Below, in pieces: positions 7,969-16,487 of a DNA stretch of 20,000 bases. A model generated the notes under the pieces. It saw only the letters and a list, made by a program, of their open reading frames with translations. It searched no databases and was not told where the DNA came from. The stretch is from contig NW_005202427.1 in NCBI RefSeq assembly GCF_000372725.1, forward strand, positions 673,993 to 693,992. The letters run 5' to 3'. The first letter of the stretch is position 1, and each line of letters opens with the position of its first letter. This DNA comes from Emiliania huxleyi CCMP1516. Lineage: Eukaryota. The position numbers and the translations under genes were made by a program.

Positions 7969-8940
7969 CTAAGAGAAATCAGATTCACCAGGTCCGAGTA
8001 TGAGTGGGCGGGGTTGCGGCCATGTGACGGTGACATCAAAGGGGGGCGGCGTTGCAGAAGGCGGCGACAGAGGCGGCGACAGAGGTGGTGGTGAGGGAGG
8101 CGGCGAGGGCGGCGGCGCCATACTCGGGGAGGGCGGCGGCGACGGGCTCGGGGAGGGTGACGGCGGCGGCGGAGGTGGCGGTGGGGGAGGCGGCGAGAGA
8201 GGCGGCGACAGCAGTGGTGGTGAGGGAGGCGGCGGTGGCGGCGGCGGTGGCGGAGCGCGTATTGGGGTTGTGCACTCGCTGCATCCGTTGCAGTTCGCCC
8301 ACTTGCACTTCTCCTCAATCGGATGTGTCCGGTAGGCGCAGTACGTTTTGCATTGTGTGGGTGGGGAAGGCGGCGGAGCCAAGCACTCTGTGCAGCCACC
8401 GCAGCCGGGCCACTCGCACTTCTGATTCCAGGGTCGGGTTGCGAACGGGCAATGTGCCAGACAGGGCAGGCAAATTGTGCAGGTGTCACACCCGGCCCAG
8501 CCGCACTTCTCCTCACCCGTCCGGAGCTCGACCTGATGCTGCGCCTGCTCAAGTGCGAGTCGCGCCAGAAGATGCTCGATGTCAGTCAGGGGCAGCGCCT
8601 GACATAACGTGAAATAGTGCGCGAGGCGATACTCACCCGACCCACCGTGCCCAGAGAGATCACGCGCCGCCCGAGAGCACTCCCACCCCCGCCGCCCTCG
8701 CAAGCTCGCAGGCTGGGTTGAGGAGAAGCAGCTAAGGGAGATCAAAGCGGGAGAAGGCGGCACGGGCGGCGGCGCGGCACCCCCCCATCCCCACGCCTCC
8801 GGGTCGTGCGTACCGCCTTCGGGCGTGAGTGTCCCCCCAGCGTCTGCTCTCCAGCAGACGCTCCGGTAATCAGGCCGAGAGTACCAGGGAGGAGAGGGGA
8901 GAAGAGCCCAGGGAGAGGAGAGGAGAAGAGCCGCCATCAT
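7969..8940 (-). CDS. Cys-rich repeat + Ser-Pro-rich (extensin-like) protein, probably extracellular; 5' end uncertain
   Basis: Repeats EEKCGWAGCDTCTIC, CLAHCPFATRPWNQKCEWPGCGGCTEC and CKTYCAYRTHPIEEKCKWANCNGCSEC (about 8515-8272), followed by a SPPP/PPPP tract (about 8255-8040) and a stop at 7969. The nearest in-frame ATG (8940, MMAALLLSSPW) is tentative; only about 7969-8515 is convincing. Confidence 0.55.
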   Translation of the reverse strand: MMAALLLSSPWALLPSPPWYSRPDYRSVCWRADAGGTLTPEGGTHDPEAWGWGGAAPPPVPPSPALISLSCFSSTQPASLRGRRGWECSRAARDLSGHGGSGEYRLAHYFTLCQALPLTDIEHLLARLALEQAQHQVELRTGEEKCGWAGCDTCTICLPCLAHCPFATRPWNQKCEWPGCGGCTECLAPPPSPPTQCKTYCAYRTHPIEEKCKWANCNGCSECTTPIRAPPPPPPPPPPSPPLLSPPLSPPPPPPPPPPPSPSPSPSPPPSPSMAPPPSPPPSPPPLSPPLSPPSATPPPFDVTVTWPQPRPLILGPGESDFS

Positions 8941-9367
8941 GGAAGATTTCCCCAAGGCGGCCTCCCTCTCCCTCTCCTCCCACCGGGCCTCCCTCTCCCC
9001 CTCCTCCCGCCAAGCACCAACAGTCTCGAGGGGCCAGCCGCTGGAGGGGGCACGCCAGCGGCACGAGGGCTTCAGCCACACAGCTACCAAGGGAACGCGA
9101 CCCACACAAAGCACCAAAGTTAGGCATACCCCCCGGCGCAGTGTCCCCCGCTATGTGTCGCCGTTCGTCGGGGCACGCTATCCTGTGCAGTCAGGGCAAG
9201 TGTGGGGGCGGGGTGGAGTGCCCAGCGTCTTTACCCTGGGATTTCTCCGCCCAGTCCGGGGGTGCGTCGAACCTTCCATCACCCTGGGAACGTCCGGGTG
9301 TGTTGGAAGTAAAGATATATTACTTTTTGTCCAGTGCGTACCATCCACCACGTTTGCACGCCGCGCC

Positions 9368-9628
9368 GCCGGGACTGGCGCGCACCACTGGCACTAACTG
9401 GTTGGTACACCACAAAAAGAATTTAACCAAACCAACTCTCTCTCACACAGCAGACAGGCTCGACACAGGTGCGGACTGGCGCGTGCTAGCACTAACACAG
9501 GCAAACCACCGGAGCCGCCTAAGCGACTCGGTAAGAACGGCAATGCAGGCGAGAGCTCGCGGGCCGAGGCCGCTCTCTCGCGTGCTGCTGCTCTTCGTGC
9601 TCGGGTGCGCGCCAGTCCCGTGCCCAGT
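9368..9628. repeat. Cluster of dispersed-repeat pieces: + 9370-9400, + 9411-9548 (longest copy), - 9604-9628
   Basis: gggactggcgcgcaccactggcactaac; aaaaagaatttaaccaaaccaactctctctcacacagc...ggactggcgcgtgctagcactaacacaggcaaaccaccggagccgcctaagcgactcggtaagaacggcaatgca; gtgcgcgccagtcccgtgcccagt, which is identical to 7790-7813. Confidence 0.85.
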
Positions 9629-9827
9629 AAAAGAAAGAAATAAAACAGACAACCCAAGGGAGGGATGGGAGAACGGCATAAATAAATAAATAGAGCAGTC
9701 ATCTCCAGGGAGAGATGGGCGACGCACACGAACACAGAGGGACAGTGCGCACCCCGCCCCGCTCGCAGGGCGTGCATCATACAGGTGGACTGTGTGACTC
9801 CTCGGGTTTCTGGGACTCAGAGGTGTG

Positions 9828-10157
9828 CTAGTCGCTATTCTCCGACAATTCCGACATATCTGACGGGCAGTTCGGGCTCGAGCGGTCGCGGTCGCGGCCA
9901 GCGCGTGAGGCCTGGCTAGGGTTGCCGGGCGAGAGCTCGACCCACGCGCCGGAGCGCGCGTGGTGCTTGAGCAGCCGGGCGGTCGCCGCAGCCACCTCGA
10001 AGGGTAGCTCGTCGAGCCACTCGCCGAATGTGCCCTCGTCCTGCGCCGCAGCGAGGAATTGCTCACCTAAGCCGTACGCGCGGCAGGCCCGGTAGAGCGC
10101 CTCGTTCTGGATCTCCTCCGGCGCCTCAGAGTCGTAGCCGCAAACGGAGAACGGCAC
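9828..10157 (-). CDS. Small hypothetical ORF without an ATG (gene fragment or pseudogene)
   Basis: Natural-looking acidic peptide (EAPEEIQNEALYRACRAYGLGEQFLAAAQDEGTFGEWLDELPFEV) with many C/G-ending codons. It starts at GTG directly after a repeat-family piece; no homologue recognised. Confidence 0.4.
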   Translation of the reverse strand: MPFSVCGYDSEAPEEIQNEALYRACRAYGLGEQFLAAAQDEGTFGEWLDELPFEVAAATARLLKHHARSGAWVELSPGNPSQASRAGRDRDRSSPNCPSDMSELSENSD

Positions 10158-10158
10158 G

Positions 10159-10192
10159 GTTGTGCGAGGCGAGTTGGAAAATTCTTTTCGTG
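10159..10192 (-). repeat. Short piece of the dispersed intergenic repeat, between divergent ORFs
   Basis: gttgtgcgaggcgagttggaaaattcttttcg versus 7814-7850 gttgtgcgagggagtttggttgtaaaattctttttcg. Confidence 0.75.
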
Positions 10193-10206
10193 TTGTGTAA
10201 ACACTG

Positions 10207-11308
10207 ATGTCGCGGCAAAGCTGGCTGCTCTTTGTCGCCGCCGCTGCCTCCGCCCGCGCGTGTTCGACCTCGCCCGTTGCCTACTCCGAGGTCGAGGCTG
10301 CGGCGGCGCGGCTCGGGTGCCGGCTGTCGGCGCGCGTGACCGGCCCTGCCTACCGCCTCGAGCTCCTGTGGGAGGCGCGGCCCTGCCGCTGCATGCGCAA
10401 CCGTGGCGATCCCCGGCCCGTCGCAGCCGATGCTTGCCCCGTGCCACTAGGGCCCCGGCGAAGAGGAGCCGAGCCTGCTCGGCTACAGCGATGGGTTCAC
10501 GCTGCCGACTGGCGTGGCGCACCTCGAGAGCATCCAGGCGTGAGGCGGCGTCTCGCGGCGGCTCTCGTGGAGGCAGAGACGCCAACCGTGGCCGCCCCGC
10601 TGGCAGGTGCGCCGCTACTCTGGCTACTGGAGCCGCTCGCGCCTCAACCGCGACGGCCGCCGCTACGCCGCCGTGCCGAAGCTCGACCAGCACGGGCTTG
10701 GCTTGTTGCTGTCGGTCGGTGGGGCTCCGCCCTCCCTTCGCCCTCTCGCAGCCTCCCTGTGCTCAGTGGAAAGTGGCCCGTCGCCCTCTTTTCACGTCTC
10801 GCCCTCTTCACCCACTCGCCACCTCCCCGCCCCGCCACCTCCCCGCCCCGCCACCTCCCCGCCCCGCCTCCTCCGCTCGCAGGCGTGGCCTGCCTCCTCC
10901 TCGAGCGGTGCCCCTTCCGAAACACGTGCGCCCCTGTCGGAGCCCCCGCCGCCGCCTCCCTCCACCCCTCCGCCTCCGCTTCGACTGACCAAAGCCCGGC
11001 CCGCTTCCCTCCCCAGGCGCGCGCAGCTGCTCGCGATCTACGACGAGCCGCGCCAGCACGCCACCCTCGTCCGCTACTACCGCCGCCTCGGCTTCGCGGC
11101 CCTCCGAGAGGTTGGCGACGGCGCAGGCTCCTTCGGCGACCAGCTCGCTTGGGGCGGCGTCGGCACCCTCATGGAGACCGACGTCTCCGCCTTTCGCAGA
11201 CGCTGGGGCGCCTCGGTGCGACGCCTCGGCCGCGCCGCGGACGGCGGCGAGGAGCAGCTCGGCGACGCGGGAGGAGGCGAGGAGGAGACGAGAGCTGCTC
11301 GGGTGTAG
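10207..11308 (+). CDS. Conserved plant/algal GNAT-fold (acyl-CoA N-acyltransferase-like) hypothetical protein with an N-terminal targeting-like peptide
   Basis: Exons 10207-10374, 10451-10537, 10607-10718, 10883-10925, 11017-11308; phases are consistent. Motifs LLGYSDGF, VAHLESIQVRRY, GLGLLL, AQLLAIYDEPRQHATLVRYYRRLGF, DQLAWGGVGTLMETD. Family recognised from memory; hydrophobic N-terminus MSRQSWLLFVAAAASARA. Confidence 0.75.
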
Positions 11309-11509
11309 TGCGCCCATGGAGCGGACGGGGCGGTGTGCGCGCGGCGCAACAAGGGGTGCCGCGCGACGCAGGATGTGTGGAGATTGCTCACACAAAGGAG
11401 TCGGCCAAGCTATTTGCCGCTGTTTTGCTCTGTAGAGCTCTACGTACTTTAGCTCACTGGGGAGAAAAGAGAGAGGGGGGTTGTTCTCTAGGCCCCTAAA
11501 GGCCCTACG

Positions 11510-12787
11510 TTAGCAGTTGCTGATGCCGCTGGCGGAGACGGGCATGCGCGCGCACCACGTTCGGTATTCATCCAGTAGGTTGCGCTTGATGTCAGGGCGC
11601 ATGGTTGACTGATCGTGCCTCTCGCCGATGTCATCTCTCAGATTGTAGAGCGCCACCCCACCCTCGCTGCCGCGGGCATAAACGGTGGAAAGCTTCCAAT
11701 CGCCCCAGCGCACAGCAAAATGTCTCTTCGACTTCCAGAAGAGCAGGTCGTGCGGCCGTCGGCTCGTCGCCTCCCCTCTCACGAACGGCAGGAGGTTCGC
11801 GCCGCTGAGGTCCGTCCCGCTTGGAATGTCGGCGCCCGCGGCGGCCAAGAAAGTCGTGTAAAAATCGAAGCTCATCACCGGCTCTGTGTATACCTCACCG
11901 CGAGGGATCGTGCCCGGCCACCGCATGATGAAGGGCACGCGGATGCCGCCCTCTGCCAGCTGATTCTTGCCACCGGAAAGCGCCCCCTCGTCTCCCATCA
12001 CGACCGGATTCGGCCACTCCGCCTTCCACCCCGGTTGCGGGCGGTGTCCCGAGTCAGGCCCATTGTCCGAGACGAAGGCGACGAGGGTACGAGAGTCAAT
12101 TCTGTCCTTGTATAGCCTGTCCAGCACCCGCCCCACACCGTCATCCACCGCCTTCACCATAGCCGCGTAGATGGCCTTTGGCTCGTTCCACAGCTGCGCG
12201 ATTGTTTCGTTGCGATCGCTGAGCTTGGCCTGCCACGGGTTGTGCGGCGCGTTGTACGCGAGATAGATGAAGAAGGGAACGTCCTTGTACTTCTCGATGA
12301 AGTCGACGGCGTGCCGCGTGAGCTTGTCCGTTAGGTACTCGTCGCCCGGCCGCTCCGGGCCCCAGTGGGGCAGCCAGTCCATATGAGTAGCGCTCGGGCC
12401 GTCGTCCACCCCATTGAACCTGCCGTCCGCGTTCGGCCAGAAATCGCCCACCCAGTCCATGACACCGTTCGCCTCGGTGAAGAGTTCCTCAGCACCCTTC
12501 CCTTGCGGCATGTTCCACTTCCCAAACATTCCCGTCTTGTACCCAGCTGCGGACAGCGCCTCTGGCATGACCTTGTGCATCGCAGGGACCGTGTATCTGT
12601 TGCCGTCGGGGTTCGCCTGCATCCCGAACCTTTGCTGGTAGGTGCCAGTGATGATCCCGCTCCTGCTCGGTCCACACACTGCCGCAGTCGCGTAGCCATC
12701 GGTGAAGCGAACTCCCTCCCTTGCCAGCTTGTCGATGTGCGGCGTTTGGAGAAGGGCGGCCGCGGCGGTGGCACAGGCGACAAGTCT
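11510..12787 (-). CDS. Formylglycine-dependent (S1) sulfatase, intronless, apparently 5'-truncated (possible pseudogene)
   Basis: QTPHIDKLAREGVRFTDGYATAAVCGPSRSGIITG (CxPxR), GYKTGMFGKWNM, YLTDKLT, PFFIYLAYNAPH, YAAMVKAVDDGVG, FVSDNG, GGKNQLAEGGIRVPF, LYNLRDDIGE. There is an in-frame TGA at 12788-12790, and no ATG or N-terminal DD-L-G motif upstream of the catalytic Cys. Confidence 0.88.
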   Translation of the reverse strand, partial: RLVACATAAAALLQTPHIDKLAREGVRFTDGYATAAVCGPSRSGIITGTYQQRFGMQANPDGNRYTVPAMHKVMPEALSAAGYKTGMFGKWNMPQGKGAEELFTEANGVMDWVGDFWPNADGRFNGVDDGPSATHMDWLPHWGPERPGDEYLTDKLTRHAVDFIEKYKDVPFFIYLAYNAPHNPWQAKLSDRNETIAQLWNEPKAIYAAMVKAVDDGVGRVLDRLYKDRIDSRTLVAFVSDNGPDSGHRPQPGWKAEWPNPVVMGDEGALSGGKNQLAEGGIRVPFIMRWPGTIPRGEVYTEPVMSFDFYTTFLAAAGADIPSGTDLSGANLLPFVRGEATSRRPHDLLFWKSKRHFAVRWGDWKLSTVYARGSEGGVALYNLRDDIGERHDQSTMRPDIKRNLLDEYRTWCARMPVSASGISNC

Positions 12788-12819
12788 TCAAGCACAAGGG
12801 CCGACGACCGATATTTTGC

Positions 12820-13085
12820 TTGCAAAAAACGCAAAATTTTCTTCGCGGGGCTCCGCCCCGCACCCCGCCGGGGCTCCGCCCCGGACCCTAGCTGACCGAG
12901 GGGGGGGTCAGCTCCGCAAGCTGCGAGGGGGCAGGACCGAGGGGGGGGTAAGCTACCGGAGGGGGGGTCAGCTGCCGCTGGCTCGGGACCGCTGAGCGAC
13001 AGGGGGGTGTAGGTACCCCCCCCCACCTCCACCTGGTCAGACCGTCGACCTAGAGGGGGGTCCCCAGGTGCGTGGGGGGGGGTGT
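12820..13085. repeat. G-run-rich repeat element, possibly a non-autonomous DNA transposon remnant
   Basis: AT-rich edge (aaaaaacgcaaaatttt), 2x ggggctccgccccg (12847-12860, 12870-12883), 3x ga(G)n-t(c/a)agct units (about 12895-12975), and a hairpin agctgacc...ggtcagct. Confidence 0.55.
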
Positions 13086-13091
13086 TTGAAG

Positions 13092-14144
13092 ATGACGCGC
13101 ATATTAGCGACCTTGCTGGGTCGCAGCCGCAGCCATACTGACAACTCGGTGGCGTCGGATTCACGACCCAGCTCATCGCGAAGCATGGGGGAGCCCGCAC
13201 CCATCTCCCTCGACACTCTCACTGAGCAGCAGCAGGAAGCGCTTGCTTCCGCGACGCTCATCGCAAAGGAGGCCGGCTGGAAGCTGGACGAGTTTTCCGA
13301 GTGGACGCTGCTCCGCTTCCTCCTCAAGCACCGCTGGAAGCTGTCGGCCGCGGAGAAGCAGATCCGCAGCACCGCGGCGTGGCGAGCCGAGGTGGGCGCC
13401 GACGCCATCCGCGCCAGCATCGCCGCCGGGCTGCAGCCGAGGGACTGGCCAGCCATGGACCGGATCTGCCCGCACGTGCTGCTCGCCTTTACAAATCTTC
13501 CGACGGACGACGGCGATCGGCTCACCTACGTGGACGCCAACGACGTCTTCGAGGTGGATGCCTTCTTGAACTGCGCCACCGCGGCGGAGATCTTTGTGAT
13601 TAATCTGTACGTCCTGGAGCACGCGAGCTACCACAACGACCGCCGCTCGGCCGCCACCGGCCGCCTCTGCCGCTGGTCGACGCACTTTGACGCGCGCGGC
13701 ATCGGGATGCGGCATATCAGCGTGAGGGTGGCGTGGAAGTTCAGGCCCTGCCTCCCGCTCGCGGACAACTTCTACCCCTCCCTCTTTGGCTTCATGCTCA
13801 CCGTGAACGCCGCCAAGGCGATGGCCGTCTTCTGGAGCCTCGTCTCGCCCTTTGTGGGAGAGAACGCGAAGCAAGTTGCCATCCTCGACACCGAGTCGAG
13901 TCCGGGCGCCCTCCTCTCCCGCGCACCCGCCTCGTCGGTGCCCACTTGCTACGGCGGCTCGCTCCGCCGCCTTCCCGTCGACGAGGTGTCTCGCCTCCCC
14001 GCGCCGCCAGAGCGGTTCGACTACGGCGCCGCCTACCCAAACGAGCTCGGGAGGTGGCTCGCGTCCGGACTGCCGGCTGCAGCCTTGCCAGACCCAGCGA
14101 GAGGGGGCGGGGACGAGGTCGGAGAGACGGGCATCTCCAGGTAA
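13092..14144 (+). CDS. Sec14/CRAL-TRIO lipid-binding domain protein
   Basis: EWTLLRFLLKHRWKLSAAEKQIRSTAAWR (CRAL-TRIO_N), HFDARGIGMRH, DNFYPSLFGFMLTVNA...FWSLVSPFV, VPTCYGGS. Single exon; ATG at 13092 (alternative 13185). Confidence 0.9.
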   Translation: MTRILATLLGRSRSHTDNSVASDSRPSSSRSMGEPAPISLDTLTEQQQEALASATLIAKEAGWKLDEFSEWTLLRFLLKHRWKLSAAEKQIRSTAAWRAEVGADAIRASIAAGLQPRDWPAMDRICPHVLLAFTNLPTDDGDRLTYVDANDVFEVDAFLNCATAAEIFVINLYVLEHASYHNDRRSAATGRLCRWSTHFDARGIGMRHISVRVAWKFRPCLPLADNFYPSLFGFMLTVNAAKAMAVFWSLVSPFVGENAKQVAILDTESSPGALLSRAPASSVPTCYGGSLRRLPVDEVSRLPAPPERFDYGAAYPNELGRWLASGLPAAALPDPARGGGDEVGETGISR

Positions 14145-14369
14145 GCGCCGTCCCGGCGCTCTGGAGGTGGGGCGGTGGCGCTCTTGGGAGAGTGGCGCCG
14201 CGCGCTCTTGCGAATAGCGCTGCTTGAATAATTGTTTGAGACTTGAGTTTGAAAAAAAAACCTAGTACGGCGGCTACGCGCGTGATCTGGGCAGCACACC
14301 GAAAGACCAAGAAGCGCGAGGCTATAGCCACTCGAAGCGACTGACGTCTCGATCCCAGTGTCTCGGAAG

Positions 14370-14667
14370 ATGGAGAGCCGGAAAATCGGTCTTTTGATCG
14401 CGCTCGTGGGCATGCTTGGTGCAACGCCCGACGCGATGCTGCTCCGATTGGAGAACGACGAGGGCGCTCCGTCGAGCACGATCCTAATCTGGCGGTACCT
14501 CCTGGTCGGAGCCATTCAGTTTGCGATCGCGAGCTCTATGTCCGGCGTGCGCGGCCTCCTCCGGGCCAGCACTTTAGCGCCAAAGTGCAACTTCGCCGCC
14601 GCGCTCCTCGTTACGGCCTCCAACCTCGGCTTCGTCTTCTCGCTTCTCTGGGTCGTCCCTCACCGCA

Positions 14668-14766
<99 letters not shown>

Positions 14767-16261
14767 AGTGCCGCCCCTCGCGTGACCTGTGAGCGGCCCC
14801 AGCCATGCTGGTCGCGGCAGGTGGACCCGGCCAAGTCGCTCCTCCTCATCAGCCTCAACTCGCTCTGGGCGGCGCTCCTCGGCTACGCCGTCTGCGGCGA
14901 CGAGCTGCCCGCCCGCACGGCGCTCGCGCAGGGGGGCGCTCTAATCTCGCTGGCGGTGGTCTTCGTGCCTGACTGCTACGAGCTCACGCCCGACGCGCTC
15001 GACCTCATCCCGCTCGCCACGGGCATCGCCATGGCGGCCTACCTCACGCTCGCGCGCTTCGTGGCGCTCCGCCTCCCCCGCTCCTCGCTCGAGCTCTCCC
15101 CCGCCCTCGGCCCTCTCGCCGGCCTCGTCTCTCGTCCCTCGCCTCCTAGGAGCCTTCTAGGAGCCTTCTAGGAGCCGCCTCCTATAGGCTCGCTCGCCTC
15201 GATCGGCTTCGCCGTGGCGATGCAGCGGATGCAGCCCAGCGGCCATGCCAGCGGCTCGCGCCTCACGCCCCGCTTCTTCCTCTTCCTGAGCCTGAACGCT
15301 GCCGGGATCGCTCTCTACAACACCGCCCTAGTCCTCTGCCCTCGCTTCATCACCGGCGCAGAGTGCGCCTTCGCCCTCGATCTTCTCGTAGGAGCCTTCT
15401 CGGAACTTTCTAGGAACCTTCTCCTAGGCGCAGAGTGCGCCCTCGTCCTTCTCGGGGAGACTGTACTCGGCCCGGTGTGGGTGCGACAAGTTCCACGCAC
15501 ATGCGGCTGCCCCCTCTCATCGCGCCTTCACCCGCCCTTCCGCCTCTCCCACCCACACGCGCACTGGGCCTTCATGGCCGTGCGCCAGCTCCTGCCCGTG
15601 TCCGGGGGTGGAGATGCGCAGGGTCTAAGCCTGGCCCTTGCCCCACCACTTCCACCTACCCCACCCCCTACCCCACCCCCTCTCGTGTGTGTGGAGAGGT
15701 TTACCTCACCCTACCTCTACCTCACCCTCCGCAGGTCTTCTTTGCCTTTGGCGACGCGCCCGACCCCTTCACCGTGTACGGAGGCGCCCTCCTCCTCCTC
15801 ACGCTGCTCGTGCACGAGGCGGAGGGGGCACTTCCCTCGCTCGCTCTCCCTCCCTCCACTCCCTCCCTCCCTCCCTCCCTCCCTCCCTTCCCTCCCTCCC
15901 TCCACTCTCTCTTGATCTCGTGGAGCAGCAGCCTCGGGAGCACACATGTCATCTCACGCCCGTTCTCCCTCTCTCGCGCCAAAAGGTGGCGGGCATGCGC
16001 GCGGCCGCCCTGGCCCCCGACGGCCCCGCCGGCAGCGACAGCGTCGACAGCACCTCGGGCAGCCTCTTCGAGCGGTCGCCCCACGCAAGGCCGCACGTCT
16101 CCCCGCCGATCAGCCGCGGAGGCACGCTCTACCTCTCGCCCCGCGCCGAGCCGGCCTCGGCCCTCCTCCTCCCCGCCTCGCTCGGCCAGCCGCTGCTGCC
16201 CGACGGAGCGCTATCGGGAGGCGGCGTGCCGCTCCGGCGGCCAGAGGGCGGGGGAGGGTAG
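14370..16261 (+). CDS. EamA/DMT-superfamily transporter, multi-exon
   Basis: Exons 14370-14651, 14821-15109, 15188-15355, 15428-15480, 15735-15818, 15986-16261; phases are consistent. About 10 hydrophobic helices: GMLGATPDAMLLRL, LLLISLNSLWAALLG, PRFITGAECALVLLGETVLGPVWVFFAFGDAP...TVYGGALLL. Confidence 0.85.
14671..14762 (+). repeat. (AC)n microsatellite in intron 1 of the transporter
   Basis: About 46 perfect ac units. Confidence 0.98.
15145..15177 (+). repeat. Intronic 11-bp minisatellite (CTAGGAGCCTT)n
   Basis: ctaggagccttctaggagccttctaggagcc; the same family occurs at 5145-5181 and about 15387-15427. Confidence 0.85.
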
Positions 16262-16487
16262 CAGCGAGAGCGACCCGGTGGAGATAGAACGGAACCGGGC
16301 CGGAGAGCAGAGACTGGTCCGGAACACTATAGTAGATAAACAAGCGAAGTTTCGTGTCGCCGTCTAATTTCACACGCACCTTACACACGTCGTGAGACGC
16401 GGGGGGCTGTACTCTACGACCCACTCACACCCCTCCACGCTCCACCCCACGAGAGGGCTTCTGCGGTGTACCTTGGTGCGCTTTGAG

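Noticed and set aside
8640..9365. Possible gene or element in this stretch (several ORFs, a 24-bp tandem near 8884-8932)
   Set aside because: No recognisable domain, consistent splice pattern or termini; I cannot support a call from sequence alone.
1805..10192. Dispersed repeats as a CRISPR array, tRNA-derived SINE or hammerhead ribozyme
   Set aside because: Irregular spacing on both strands with no unique equal-length spacers and no cas genes; no recognisable A/B boxes, cloverleaf or CTGANGA...GAAA core.
14574..14858. Poly-HT / poly-CV peptides (also at 18440-19073)
   Set aside because: Translations of intronic (AC)n microsatellites.
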